Assembly (NCBI GenBank): GCA_016179745.1
Contig: JACPCP010000022.1
Location: 3,536-67,535, forward strand
DNA from: Candidatus Omnitrophota bacterium
GTDB lineage: Bacteria; Omnitrophota; Omnitrophia; Omnitrophales; JACQLI01
DNA length: 64,000 nucleotides
Reading direction: 5' to 3'
The position numbers were made by a program, and so were the translations under genes. This document shows, one piece after another, positions 43,325-53,492 of the stretch. Each line of letters starts with the position of its first letter. The first letter of the stretch is position 1. The notes under the pieces are model-generated. The model was not told the DNA's origin, made no database searches, and saw nothing but the letters and a program-made list of their open reading frames with translations.

Positions 43325-46117
43325 TCAAACGGTTACCTTCCGCTCCAAGTGGCGCTTCAGGCAACGGCCCGTGTGGGAGGCCGGGCACTCCAGGATCCCC
43401 TGCCGGGGCCCCTGGTAGACAATCCTGCCGCCGTCTTCGCCCCCCTCCGGGCCCAGGTCAATGATCCAGTCAGCGCATTGAATCACTTCCATATTGTGCT
43501 CGATGACGACGAGGGAATGTCCCCGCTCCAGGAGTTCCTCAAAGGCGCCCATCAAATAGGAAATATCGTGGTAATGAAGCCCGGTGGTGGGCTCATCAAA
43601 AAGGTAAAGAATCCGTTGGTAAGGACGGGACGACATTTCATGCGCCAGCTTGAGGCGCTGGGCTTCGCCGCCCGACAAGGTCGGGGCCGGCTGACCCAAC
43701 GCCAAATATCCGAGCCCGGTCTTCTGAAGGAGGGTCAGCTTCTCCCGGAGAAGCGGCCGATCGTGAAAAAAAGCCAGGGCCTCGTCAATCGTCATCTGAA
43801 GGACATCGTCAATCGATTTGCCAAGCAATCGCACTTCGAGAATCTCAGGCTTGAAACGCCTGCCCCGGCAGGTCTCGCAAGGAAGGTAGACGTCCGCCAG
43901 AAAGTGCATCTCGACCTTGATCCGGCCGTCGCCCTTGCAATTCTCACACCGCCCCCCCTCCACATTGAAGGAAAAATTCCGGGCCGAAAAACCCTTCTGC
44001 CGGGCGGACTCACTCGCTCCGAAAATCTTCCGGATTTCGTCGAAGGCTCCGAGGTAAGTCGACGGGTTCGACCGGGAGGTGCGGCCGATCGGACTTTGAT
44101 TGACCAACACGATTTCATCCACCCCGTCGAAGCCGGAAATTTTTTTCACGGCCCCCAGGTCTTGGACGGGGCGGCCCCGCCACTTCTGGTAATTTTGATG
44201 GAGGACATCGTAAACCAGCGTGCTTTTTCCGGAACCTGAAACCCCGGTCACCACGACAAACTGTCCGAGCGGGATTTCAACGTCTACGGATCGGAGGTTG
44301 TGCTGTGCGGCCCTTTCGATCCGGATGGGCCGGGCGTCCGGCCGATTGAGATTTTGTTTGCGCCGCCGCCAGACAATTTGAAGTTCCCCGGCAAGATATT
44401 TTCCCGTCAAGGAACGGCCTTCCCGGGCGAAGCCCTCCACCTTCCCCTGAAAAAGGACCTCGCCCCCTTTTTTTCCGCCAAGCGGCCCCAGATCGATCAC
44501 CTCATCCGCCGCCTCGATCATGGTCCGGTCGTGCTCGACCACCACCACCGTGTTCCCAAGGTCCCGAAGTTCCTTCAGGAGACGGATTAAAAGTTCGTTG
44601 TCCCGTTCGTGAAGGCCGATCGAGGGCTCATCCAGGACGTAGAGCGTATCCACGAGGCTGGAACCCAGCGAGGTTGCCAGATGGATGCGTTCCACCTCTC
44701 CGCCGGAAAGCGTCCGTGAAAGCCGGTCGAGGGTGAGATACGTGAGCCCCACCTCCTTCAGAAATCGAATCCGTTTGCGAAGCTCCACGAGCACCGGCTC
44801 CACCTTCGCCTCCTCCCCGGCTTCCAGCTGCAAGGTTTCAAAAAAGGCGTGGAGCCCGCTGACCGGGAGGGCTGAGAGTTCTGCGATATTTTTTCCCGCC
44901 ACACGCACGGCCAGGGCTTCGGGCTTGAGCCTTTTCCCGGAGCAAAGACGGCATTCGACAAACGCCCGGTAGCGGCTCAGGAAGACCCGAATGTGCATCC
45001 GGTAGGTCTTCTTCTCAAGCGACTCGAAGAAATCCTTCACGCTGAAATAATCGTCTTCCTTTTTTCCGAAGCCTTCCAGAACCCATTGACGGTGGACTTT
45101 GGAAAGCTCCTGCCAGGGTTTCTCGACGGAAATTTGCCGACGTCGGCAGAATCGGAGGAGCTGGCGAAACTCCCATTTTGAGCTGGGTTTGGTCCAGGGC
45201 TCAACGGCCCCCGCTTCGATCGACTTCCGTGGATCGGGAATGACCCGGTCCCAATCCAGGGTAATCACCCGCCCGAATCCCTGACACTCAACGCAGGCGC
45301 CCAGGGGGCTATTAAAGGAAAAAAGATTGGGCGTAGGTTCCCGGTAATCGATCCCGCATTTCGCACACCGGAAATGAGCTGAGAACCGGATCGGCTCAGA
45401 ACTTCGTGGACAGGCCACGGCCGCCTCCCCCCGCCCCTTTTCAAAGGCCAGCTCAAGCGAATCAGCGAGCCGCTTCCGGTTCCGCTCCCGAAGAGCGAGC
45501 CGGTCCACAACGACCCAAATCACCGGACCCTTGAAAACCCGTTTTGTTTCCGGGAGAGGACAGCATTTCCCCCCCTCAAAAATTTCGGTGAAACCCTGCC
45601 TTGCGAGTTCCGGCAGGAATTCCCGAATCGAGGCCCCTCCCTTCTTTCCCAGGGAAACCGGAAAAAGGACTACGGCCTCCTCGGAAGGAAAGGTCTCCAA
45701 AAGGAAACGCACCGCCCGTTCCGGTGTCTGGCGGGTCACCTCCTCCCCGCAGCGAAGGCAAAACGTCCGGCCGACCCGGGCCAGGAAAAGCCTCAGATAA
45801 TCGTTGATCTCTGTCTGCGTTCCGACCGTCGAACGGGCATTCGTAATCACATTCTTGGCTTCGATGGCAATGGCCGGAAGGATGCCCGAGATGCCGTCCA
45901 AGTCAGGCTTTTCCATCCGTTCGAGAAATTGGCGGGCGTAGCTCGAGAGGGACTCCACGTAACGGCGCTGGCCCTCGGCATAGAGGGTGTCAAATGCGAG
46001 AGAGGATTTTCCGGAGCCTGAGACCCCCGTGACCACGGTGAGTTTTTTGTGGGGAAGAATCAGATCAAAATTTTTGAGATTGTGGGTCCGGACCCCTTTG
46101 AGAAGGATGGCGTCCAA
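43325..46117 (-). CDS. uvrA: Excinuclease ABC subunit A
   Basis: 930 aa with two ABC modules (GVSGSGKSS twice, LSGGE signatures) and zinc-finger Cys pairs. Confidence 0.95.
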   Translation of the reverse strand: MDAILLKGVRTHNLKNFDLILPHKKLTVVTGVSGSGKSSLAFDTLYAEGQRRYVESLSSYARQFLERMEKPDLDGISGILPAIAIEAKNVITNARSTVGTQTEINDYLRLFLARVGRTFCLRCGEEVTRQTPERAVRFLLETFPSEEAVVLFPVSLGKKGGASIREFLPELARQGFTEIFEGGKCCPLPETKRVFKGPVIWVVVDRLALRERNRKRLADSLELAFEKGRGEAAVACPRSSEPIRFSAHFRCAKCGIDYREPTPNLFSFNSPLGACVECQGFGRVITLDWDRVIPDPRKSIEAGAVEPWTKPSSKWEFRQLLRFCRRRQISVEKPWQELSKVHRQWVLEGFGKKEDDYFSVKDFFESLEKKTYRMHIRVFLSRYRAFVECRLCSGKRLKPEALAVRVAGKNIAELSALPVSGLHAFFETLQLEAGEEAKVEPVLVELRKRIRFLKEVGLTYLTLDRLSRTLSGGEVERIHLATSLGSSLVDTLYVLDEPSIGLHERDNELLIRLLKELRDLGNTVVVVEHDRTMIEAADEVIDLGPLGGKKGGEVLFQGKVEGFAREGRSLTGKYLAGELQIVWRRRKQNLNRPDARPIRIERAAQHNLRSVDVEIPLGQFVVVTGVSGSGKSTLVYDVLHQNYQKWRGRPVQDLGAVKKISGFDGVDEIVLVNQSPIGRTSRSNPSTYLGAFDEIRKIFGASESARQKGFSARNFSFNVEGGRCENCKGDGRIKVEMHFLADVYLPCETCRGRRFKPEILEVRLLGKSIDDVLQMTIDEALAFFHDRPLLREKLTLLQKTGLGYLALGQPAPTLSGGEAQRLKLAHEMSSRPYQRILYLFDEPTTGLHYHDISYLMGAFEELLERGHSLVVIEHNMEVIQCADWIIDLGPEGGEDGGRIVYQGPRQGILECPASHTGRCLKRHLERKVTV

Positions 46118-46149
46118 AGTATATCGGCCCTGCGGGGGAATCGGTCGAG

Positions 46150-46563
46150 CTAGCGAAGGCTGGCTTCTTCGGAAAGGGCGGCCTGGATCAATTTAAGAAC
46201 TTCGCCGCCGCCGACCACCGCCTGTGACTCGGGGGCCAGCCGGACCGAGCTCCCACCTTCATCTTCCCGCTTAACGAGAAGGACCATCGACCGTTTGTCC
46301 GCATCGGCAAAACTCGAATAGCGGGTGTTCTGGAGGTGGATCACGCCCTTTTCCTTGTCCGTCCAGTTCGGTTCCCAATCGGGGTGGGTATCCGCCGCCT
46401 CAAGCACCCTTAGAAAGGTCAGGTCGTAGGGAAGGGAAAAAACAAGGACTTCATCGTGGATGGGAAGCAACGGGGCATGGGCGCAACCCCCCAGAAGGAA
46501 AAGCCCCAAGGCCAGAGAAAAAACAGATTTTAATTTCATGACTCCCCTTGCCGGATGGGTCAT
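46150..46563 (-). CDS. Hypothetical small lipoprotein
   Basis: Signal plus lipobox (LALGLFLLGGC). The start is either at 46563 (ATGA overlap with the giant gene stop) or MKLKSVF at 46539. Confidence 0.45.
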   Translation of the reverse strand: MTHPARGVMKLKSVFSLALGLFLLGGCAHAPLLPIHDEVLVFSLPYDLTFLRVLEAADTHPDWEPNWTDKEKGVIHLQNTRYSSFADADKRSMVLLVKREDEGGSSVRLAPESQAVVGGGEVLKLIQAALSEEASLR

Positions 46564-49500
46564 ACCTTTCCGGTCAACCGGATAAAAAATCCGCTCCGGC
46601 TGAAATCGTTTGTGTTCCTGAGATCGTCATCAAAATCGGTAAAATTATAACCCATTCCAAGCCGAATGGTATCGTAAAGTTCACGGTCGACTTCGACCAA
46701 GGGACCGTGACGGAGCGAATCGGCCGTGTTCAACTGAAAAAGCATCCGGTATTCGGCCCCCACGTCCCACTTGCGGGTCACATGATAGTTAAACCGGTGG
46801 ACCCAGAGAAAGGTCCCCAGATTCAACCGGCTGACGGCGGCCGTGCTCATCGAAGACAACCGGTAGGCCCATTTTTCGACCGCCTGAAAATATTTCGTCA
46901 GTTCATAGGCCCCCTCCAGAGAAAGGATGTGGGACCATTCATCCACCGCCACGAGCCCCGAATCCGCCGCCCCTTCAAACTGGGCGTCGTTGGCCCTCTC
47001 ATGGAGAAGCGTGTAACGGGTCAGCCAGTTCAAACGGTCCGAATCGACGGGCCGATAAGCGAGCCCCGTGCTGAATTCGAAAAAACGGGCCGTCAAGTCG
47101 CTCGGGTCGAGGAAACGGGAATTTCCGAAATTGGCACGCCCCAGAAAACTCAAATCCTGATTGATCCGCCACTCCGCCGAATTTTGGGTGACCCACTGCC
47201 GGACCTCGGGGGCATCGGGCTCAAGACGGATTTCGATGGAATCATCCCACTTCCATTTTTCCGGCTCCGTGTAACCCACACGGAGGGCCAGCGTATTAAA
47301 GGAATTGGTCCGGGTTTGGTTATCGATCGCCTCGTCGCCCAGAAGGCGAAAGTCGTCCGCATCCAAATGACGCCGCTCAAAACGGAGTCCCATGTCCCAA
47401 TGTTTTGAAAAATGGGTCTCATAGCCGTAAATGTCGGACGCCCACAGGCCCGAGGAACCCTCGCTCCCAAGAAGCGTTGGGACGAGACTGGGCGGGAGAT
47501 TTCCCGAATAAGTCGAATACTGCCGCTCGGAATAGATCCGGCTCTTCTCGCTCAACTGGTGGCTGGAACCGAAGGAGGCGGAAACCTCCCGGGCGCCCAA
47601 ACTCAAATCCCGGGATTTGACAGCGGCGTAACTCGTGGTCTTCTCGTCCTGCCGGTGGTTTACCCCGAGGACCGTGGCATCGCCCGCCCGTCCCATCATT
47701 TCTTCGAAAAAGACCTGGGTCTGGTCTTTCACCTGAAGCTCCAGACCGCCTCCCGCCTGAAAGTTATTCTTTCCGGAGAAAGCGTATTGGGTCTTCACGT
47801 AGGGGGAGAGCCATTCCGACACCCGGCGCTTGACCCTGAGGCCCACCGCATTCCCAAAGGGCATTTCGGAAAAAAAGGAATTGATCCGGTTTTGGAGGGG
47901 GATGTCGAGGTCCTGGTGGAGATACTCCCCGATCACATTCCAGGACCCCTGATTGAAAACGGCCTGTCCGGTCGTGGATTGAATTTTTTCAAAGGTGGCA
48001 GAGACCCCCCGTGAAGTCAAAGGCCGGAGTTGGGCGGAAACCTCGCTCAAGTCGTGCCGGGCCAAAAGATGGAAAGAGTCAGAAACTTTCAGCCGGGCCT
48101 GGAGGCCGTATTTACGGAATCCCTCCTGGCCTTTGATCCGGTCGGCCGAAAAGCCCGGCTCCACATTCTGAAGATAGCCGGAGAGCTCCACGGGCTCAAG
48201 CGGCCGGGTCTCCCCTTTGAGGAGATAGGCCTTCTCCCGGCGCCGGCGGGAGGGAAGGAGCGTCTGATTTCGAAAACTCAAACCGCCGTCAAAGGAGGTG
48301 GACTGACTCACCTGCTGAAATTTGGCCTGCCCGAACTCGGCCGTGATCTTGGTATTTCTCCCCGTCCGGAAGGTGGCGTCCACGGCCCGGAGGTCGTAGT
48401 CGGTATTGAGCCGTTTTTCCTCAACGGCCGTGCCCCCCAGCCGAAGATGATCCCCCAAATGAGTGAACCCGTGAAATCCCCGGGGCTGGTCGTCGTTCAG
48501 GGCCCGGAAATTTTCGTATTCGTAATCGACAATGAGAAAAACCGGATTTCCGTCGAGGATATCGTTCGTGATAATTGTCTCGGAGGCCGAAATCGAGGAC
48601 AAGGGGTTCTTCAGGAGAATCCGCCCCTGTTTGTAGTCAATCTCATAATCCCCGCCGTAGGTGAGGTCCCGGCTTTCGACGGGAAGGTCCTGGATCTTGT
48701 CTCGAACCTCGATCCGGATCTTCTCGCTCCCCGACACCACATTTCGATTCCTCAAATAGTAGAGCGATCCTCCCGTGGCCCGAAACTCGTTGTGGTCGGC
48801 CGCCGTTCGGGCCTTGGACATGAAAAGCGTGAAGCCCCGCTTGGCGTCGCCATACCGGGTCGTGCTGAGAGTTTCATGATGAAGCTTGAGGCCGGAGAGG
48901 GTCCGGTTGTAACGGGCAAGCTCGGTCTGGGTGAAATCGGTCTCGTAACTCCCCCACTTCAGGAAGGAACGGTCCATCTCCACCAAAAGATAGAGCCGCT
49001 CCTGGGTCTCCTGGCCCTCGTATTCAATCTGGGAGTAATCGCCGTAGACCGGATAATAGTCATCGGGGTCGAGCCGGGTAAAAAGCTGGGAGCGCTTGTC
49101 CCCCGTGTCGTAACGGGACTTCACCAGAAATTTCCCCTTGAGTTTCGCTTTTAAATAATAGGAAAGCCTTCCGTCCTGATAAAAATCCTCGTGAAAGGTT
49201 TCGTCCCGGCCGACGGTTTCAAGATTGCCTGTCATATGATTGAGGCCGAGCTCTTCTTCCCCCAGCGCCACGAGGAAGAAGATGCTGTCTTTGACTGTAA
49301 TTTTTTCCTCGACCGTGACCACCTCCCCCTGGGTGTTGGCGGCACTGACAACGATATTTTTCTCCCCCGCCGTCACAAAAAACTCCTTCTCGAATTCTCC
49401 CGTCGGCCCCGCTTCCACCGGCTGCCTGCCGATAGAGACCCGCCGCCCGGGTTCGGTCTTTCCATAGATCCGGATGGAAGGCTTGGCCACGAGCGGGATC

Positions 49501-51215
49501 GTCCGCTTTCCGTCCCGGGCAACATTGAAGTCCCCGAGGGCGGGGATCTCAAGTGCCTCCGCCGGCGAATCCGAAAAATCCCGGGCCTTGTGCACCACCC
49601 GGAAAAATCCAAGGGGGGTCCAGTCCTCGTGGTCCTGGGCGTCCCGGACAATCAGGCGATAACTGTAAATTCCGGGGTGAATCATCTCTCCGGCATCGGT
49701 CATCCCGTTCCAGAAAACCTGGGGCGGAGGCTCCGAAATGCCGACGCCCGACCAAACCCGCTCACCCATTTCGTCCCGGACCTCCAGGCGCCAGCTGGCT
49801 ATATATTCCCCGTAGTTGGTATTAATCCGGAAGCGGGGTTCTTGCTCAAAACGCCCCAGGCCGACCTTGAGAAGCTCGGGCTCGAGGGACACACGCAGAT
49901 CCGGCTGTGTGAGATCGATGCCCTGCGTGACCCAAATTTGAAGTTCCTTTTTAAATTCATCGGGAAGGGCCGATTCCGGCACCAGGACGGCAAAACGGAC
50001 TTTGCTGAGAAGTCCCGGTGTGGTCTTCACAACGAGCGACTCCTCCGTGATAAAACGAGTGCCTGCCGGAAGCGTATGGCTGTCAATTTTCAGAACGTGC
50101 CGTCCCGGCCGGACCGCGGGAAGATGAAAGCGGCCGTCTTTGTCCGTGACGATGCTCACCCCCTGCTCCGTATAAAGGCGGACCCTCGGCACCCCGATTT
50201 CCGAACCGTTCTGAACGCCGTCTTCATTGCGGTCGTCAAAGACCTTTCCCAGAATGGTCCCCTCATCAAAAACGGGGTCCGTCTCTACCTCGATCACGAC
50301 GTGAAGGGTTTCTGACAGAGTGTTTGTGGCCGAGCGGGCCAGGAGGGTCACTTCATAGCGTTTTCCGGGTTGGGCCCCTGAACTGATCAAGACCGGCAGG
50401 GCCAGGATGGAACTCTGACCGCTTTGCAGGGTCCCCAGGGAAAAAATGACGGAACCTTCCCGATGGGCGGGGCTCGTACTGTCAAAAGCGGTTTTGTCCG
50501 CCAGGATGTCCAGGCCTTCCGAGGCGGTGGCCACGAGTTCGACACCCGTCAGGCTGTCGGCGCTGACATTGTCCACTCTCGCCTGAACAAGCGCCATCTC
50601 GCCCGGGTGCTTGGCGCCCGTCCCGCCTCCCGCCGAAAGGGTAACGGGAAAGGTGTCGATGGTCCCCTTCATGTCATCAAAATCAACCTGGCTTGTCCCG
50701 CCGACGGCGGACGGCTGAATCCGGATGACAAAGGAGATTTGTGCAGTTCCGGCCGGCGCTGTGCCGCTCACGAAAATTCGGGAAAATGCGGCGGAGGTCG
50801 TTGTGACCGAGACATTTGTTGCGCTGATATCGGCGCCGGCCGAGTTTTCAAATTCGATACGAAGCTGTCCCGCATCTCCGACGTCCAGCGTATTGGCTCG
50901 CACCAGACCGCTGAAGGCAACCCGGTCTCCCGGTGCGGCTCCACTGACCGTTTGAAAGGTAAAGGCCCCGGCCGTCCCGGCAGCGAGGAGTGCCTCATCC
51001 AGCCTGAGAAACCGGTTGCCCTCGGGCGCCCCGCCCGTCTGGATCGCAATCCCCCGATTTGCCGTGTTGTCCCAGTTGTTGGACCCCCCGATGTCACTTT
51101 CAAAACCGCCGTTTTGAGTGCGGAGGGTAGCCGAATAGACAGGGCTTTGACAGACAAAGAAAAACCCGATGAAAAGGAAATAAATCACCCGATGGCGTGT
51201 CATTCTCAAAATCAT
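46560..51215 (-). CDS. Giant secreted/outer-membrane protein: N-terminal adhesin-like modules plus ~900-aa putative beta-barrel region
   Basis: 1551 aa with a signal peptide. It has a CBM-like jelly-roll start (NGGFESDIGGSNNWDN), a DUF11/CARDB-like module, a Cna-B/SdrD-like module (GKVFDDRNEDGVQNGSEIGVPRVRLYTEQG ... DGRFHL) and an FlgD-Ig-like module (FWNGMTDAGEMIHPGIYSYRLIVRD). A long region of alternating aromatic beta-strand-like sequence follows. Confidence 0.6.
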   Translation of the reverse strand: MILRMTRHRVIYFLFIGFFFVCQSPVYSATLRTQNGGFESDIGGSNNWDNTANRGIAIQTGGAPEGNRFLRLDEALLAAGTAGAFTFQTVSGAAPGDRVAFSGLVRANTLDVGDAGQLRIEFENSAGADISATNVSVTTTSAAFSRIFVSGTAPAGTAQISFVIRIQPSAVGGTSQVDFDDMKGTIDTFPVTLSAGGGTGAKHPGEMALVQARVDNVSADSLTGVELVATASEGLDILADKTAFDSTSPAHREGSVIFSLGTLQSGQSSILALPVLISSGAQPGKRYEVTLLARSATNTLSETLHVVIEVETDPVFDEGTILGKVFDDRNEDGVQNGSEIGVPRVRLYTEQGVSIVTDKDGRFHLPAVRPGRHVLKIDSHTLPAGTRFITEESLVVKTTPGLLSKVRFAVLVPESALPDEFKKELQIWVTQGIDLTQPDLRVSLEPELLKVGLGRFEQEPRFRINTNYGEYIASWRLEVRDEMGERVWSGVGISEPPPQVFWNGMTDAGEMIHPGIYSYRLIVRDAQDHEDWTPLGFFRVVHKARDFSDSPAEALEIPALGDFNVARDGKRTIPLVAKPSIRIYGKTEPGRRVSIGRQPVEAGPTGEFEKEFFVTAGEKNIVVSAANTQGEVVTVEEKITVKDSIFFLVALGEEELGLNHMTGNLETVGRDETFHEDFYQDGRLSYYLKAKLKGKFLVKSRYDTGDKRSQLFTRLDPDDYYPVYGDYSQIEYEGQETQERLYLLVEMDRSFLKWGSYETDFTQTELARYNRTLSGLKLHHETLSTTRYGDAKRGFTLFMSKARTAADHNEFRATGGSLYYLRNRNVVSGSEKIRIEVRDKIQDLPVESRDLTYGGDYEIDYKQGRILLKNPLSSISASETIITNDILDGNPVFLIVDYEYENFRALNDDQPRGFHGFTHLGDHLRLGGTAVEEKRLNTDYDLRAVDATFRTGRNTKITAEFGQAKFQQVSQSTSFDGGLSFRNQTLLPSRRRREKAYLLKGETRPLEPVELSGYLQNVEPGFSADRIKGQEGFRKYGLQARLKVSDSFHLLARHDLSEVSAQLRPLTSRGVSATFEKIQSTTGQAVFNQGSWNVIGEYLHQDLDIPLQNRINSFFSEMPFGNAVGLRVKRRVSEWLSPYVKTQYAFSGKNNFQAGGGLELQVKDQTQVFFEEMMGRAGDATVLGVNHRQDEKTTSYAAVKSRDLSLGAREVSASFGSSHQLSEKSRIYSERQYSTYSGNLPPSLVPTLLGSEGSSGLWASDIYGYETHFSKHWDMGLRFERRHLDADDFRLLGDEAIDNQTRTNSFNTLALRVGYTEPEKWKWDDSIEIRLEPDAPEVRQWVTQNSAEWRINQDLSFLGRANFGNSRFLDPSDLTARFFEFSTGLAYRPVDSDRLNWLTRYTLLHERANDAQFEGAADSGLVAVDEWSHILSLEGAYELTKYFQAVEKWAYRLSSMSTAAVSRLNLGTFLWVHRFNYHVTRKWDVGAEYRMLFQLNTADSLRHGPLVEVDRELYDTIRLGMGYNFTDFDDDLRNTNDFSRSGFFIRLTGKV

Positions 51216-51234
51216 TAAGTCCTCGGCGAGGAGG

Positions 51235-52788
51235 CTAGAACCGCCTCAATGAAAATGCGACCCCGAGCCGCCAGTCCTCATCGGGATGGGGCCGGGAGTC
51301 GTCCTGTTTTAAGTTTTGAACTTTCCCAATTCCGAGCCACTCCGCAAAAACCTTTGTCTTCGCAAGCCATTCGTTATTCTGATACCGGTAGGAGCGGAAG
51401 GGCATCCAGCGAAGGCCCAAGCCCAAAAAGTAGCGGTTGTCCGCCGGGTTCGAAAATTGGGTGTTGGCAATCAAACCAAAATGCAAATAGGGCATGAGGC
51501 CAAATTCCTCCAGAAAGGGATTTTGGGGAAGCTTGAACGAAGGGGTCTTGAGGCCGAGGAGCAAGGAGGTGTCCAGGATCCAGGAATCAAAACTTTTATG
51601 GACGGTGAAGTTTGTTTTCCGCCATCCGTAATTGCCGAAATATTCGCCCCAGACATAATCCCTCAGAAAACCGGAGAAACCCCGGCCGCCCTTTTCGCCC
51701 AGGGACGGGGCCTCGACGCCCCATTCATAGAAAATATCCACCCCGAAACGGAAATCCTCGTCGTGGATATTGGCGATTTCGTCCTTCAGGTTCCTCCGGT
51801 CCAGGTATTCCACATAAAACCGGTAGTTCTTGATCCACTTGAGATAAGGGATCCCTCCGGGTCTGAAATTCTCAAGCGCTGCGCTTCGTGCCAAGGGCCG
51901 CCATTCCAGCCCGGCCACCGTATCCAGCTGGCTCCCGCCGTCGTTGGGAGAGGATTCCAGGGCGCCCGTGATTTCAACAAAGGGATCCACGGTGTTGATG
52001 GGAAACCAAAGGCCTTTAAAGACAAGCCGGTTGGTCCAGAATCCGACCTGTGAATTAAACCTTCGTTCGGCCAGATTGGTGGTCCGGAAAGTGGTTTCCC
52101 CGAAGGACTGATAAAGGATTTGTTCCCCGGCCGAAGTTCCCTGAAAAGGGCCGTAGAGTTTTTCGCCGATCTCCAGGTGGTCGAGCCAGCGCAGTGCGAT
52201 TTCCTCTTCTTTCTCGGTTTGAGACCGGACCCGGGCCGCTTCACTCGGCGTCACCTGTCCGGGCTCCATGAATTCTTCCGAGAGGAGGAGGGCTTGATTA
52301 AAATCCCCGCCCTGGGTTTCAATGATCGATTTCATCATGGCGACTTCGGCGGCCGCCTCGTCAAAGGAACGAAAGCCCCGGTGCCCCACCCAGTAAACTT
52401 CTTCCGTCTGGCCGTTCGCAAGCTTGAGCGGAAGCTCTGAAATGGAAACCCCCTCAAAAGAAGTTGTCTTCTTCTGCTTTTGAATCCATTCCTTGGCCTG
52501 CTCCACGGATTGGATGTCCCTGAGCACCCGGGTCCTCAAGGCCCGGGGGCCGAAGCCGCTGACAAGGGCGATATTGGAATTCCATTCCGGAGACGGCTGC
52601 TCGATGACAAGGAAGTCATCCGCCGCAAATGTGTTGAAATAAACTTTCTGTGAGGGGGCGAGGTAAAATTGATCTCGAAAAAGAAGGTTCACCGGAGCGT
52701 CTTCGGGCGTGGAGGGTTTGGCCCAGAGAGAGGAAACGGGGAGGATCAGGACTCCGCTTAGGATGAGTGCACGGACAAAGAGACGCAT
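51235..52788 (-). CDS. Putative outer-membrane beta-barrel protein
   Basis: 517 aa from MRLFVRALILSGVLILPVSSLWA (signal peptide). The C-terminus VAFSLRRF resembles an OMP beta-signal ending in Phe. The ORF-track start at 53025 overlaps dapB and is rejected. Confidence 0.5.
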   Translation of the reverse strand: MRLFVRALILSGVLILPVSSLWAKPSTPEDAPVNLLFRDQFYLAPSQKVYFNTFAADDFLVIEQPSPEWNSNIALVSGFGPRALRTRVLRDIQSVEQAKEWIQKQKKTTSFEGVSISELPLKLANGQTEEVYWVGHRGFRSFDEAAAEVAMMKSIIETQGGDFNQALLLSEEFMEPGQVTPSEAARVRSQTEKEEEIALRWLDHLEIGEKLYGPFQGTSAGEQILYQSFGETTFRTTNLAERRFNSQVGFWTNRLVFKGLWFPINTVDPFVEITGALESSPNDGGSQLDTVAGLEWRPLARSAALENFRPGGIPYLKWIKNYRFYVEYLDRRNLKDEIANIHDEDFRFGVDIFYEWGVEAPSLGEKGGRGFSGFLRDYVWGEYFGNYGWRKTNFTVHKSFDSWILDTSLLLGLKTPSFKLPQNPFLEEFGLMPYLHFGLIANTQFSNPADNRYFLGLGLRWMPFRSYRYQNNEWLAKTKVFAEWLGIGKVQNLKQDDSRPHPDEDWRLGVAFSLRRF

Positions 52789-52801
52789 GGCCCCCCTCTT
52801 T

Positions 52802-53492
52802 TTATAAAATGTCCCGCATATTATAGAAACCTCTCTTCTGACTGGCAATAAACTTTGCCGCCCGGAGCGCCCCCCGGGCAAAGGCGTCCCGGGAGGTGGC
52901 CCGGTGACAAAATTCCACCGTCTCCCCCGGACCCGAAAAAGACACCGTGTGGTCGCCCACCACCTCCCCCTCCCGAAGGGCGTGAATCGCAATGGATTTT
53001 GGGTCCTCGCCCCGGACCTCGGCAATCTGACGGGCCAGCTCCAGGGCGGTCCCGCTGGGGGAATCCTTTTTCATTTTGTGATGAACCTCGGAGATCTCGA
53101 CGTGATAACCTTTTTTCAACACCTCGGCCGCCCGGGCGACGAGTCCAAACAGCAAATTGACGCCGGGACTCATGTTGGGCGATTGAAGAATGGGAATTTG
53201 AGCCGACGCCTTCCGAAGGGCCTGGAGCGTTTCCTCCGAAAGCCCCGTGGTCCCGACCACCATCCCCTTGCCGAGTCCGAGGGCTCCGGAGGGCCTCTTC
53301 GGGACGGGAAGTGACTTTGATGCCAAGCGGGCCTTGACCAATCAGGGAGCCGACATCCTCCCCCAGGCCTTCAGCATCGGGGCGCTCCAAAGCCCCGGCA
53401 ATTTGAAATTCCGGATCCCCGGCGGCCAGGGCGAGAATCCGCCGGCCCATCTTTCCGCCGGCGCCCGCCACGGCGATGCGGACCGCTTTCAT
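52802..53492 (-). pseudogene. dapB: 4-hydroxy-tetrahydrodipicolinate reductase, disrupted (internal gap plus frameshift)
   Basis: The N-terminal frame reads MKAVRIAVAGAGGKMGRRI ... GIKVTSRPEEAL. The C-terminal frame reads LGKGMVVGTTGLSEE ... EVHHKMKKDSPSGTA ... FYNMRDIL. The DVxIDFT segment expected between them is absent, and the two parts are in different frames. Confidence 0.7.

Noticed and set aside
52821-53492. Two separate overlapping ORFs (52821-53492 and 52802-53341) that could be read as two genes.
   Set aside because: Only the first ~65 residues of one and the last ~155 residues of the other look like DapB. The remainder of each is out-of-frame filler, so I treat them as one disrupted dapB.
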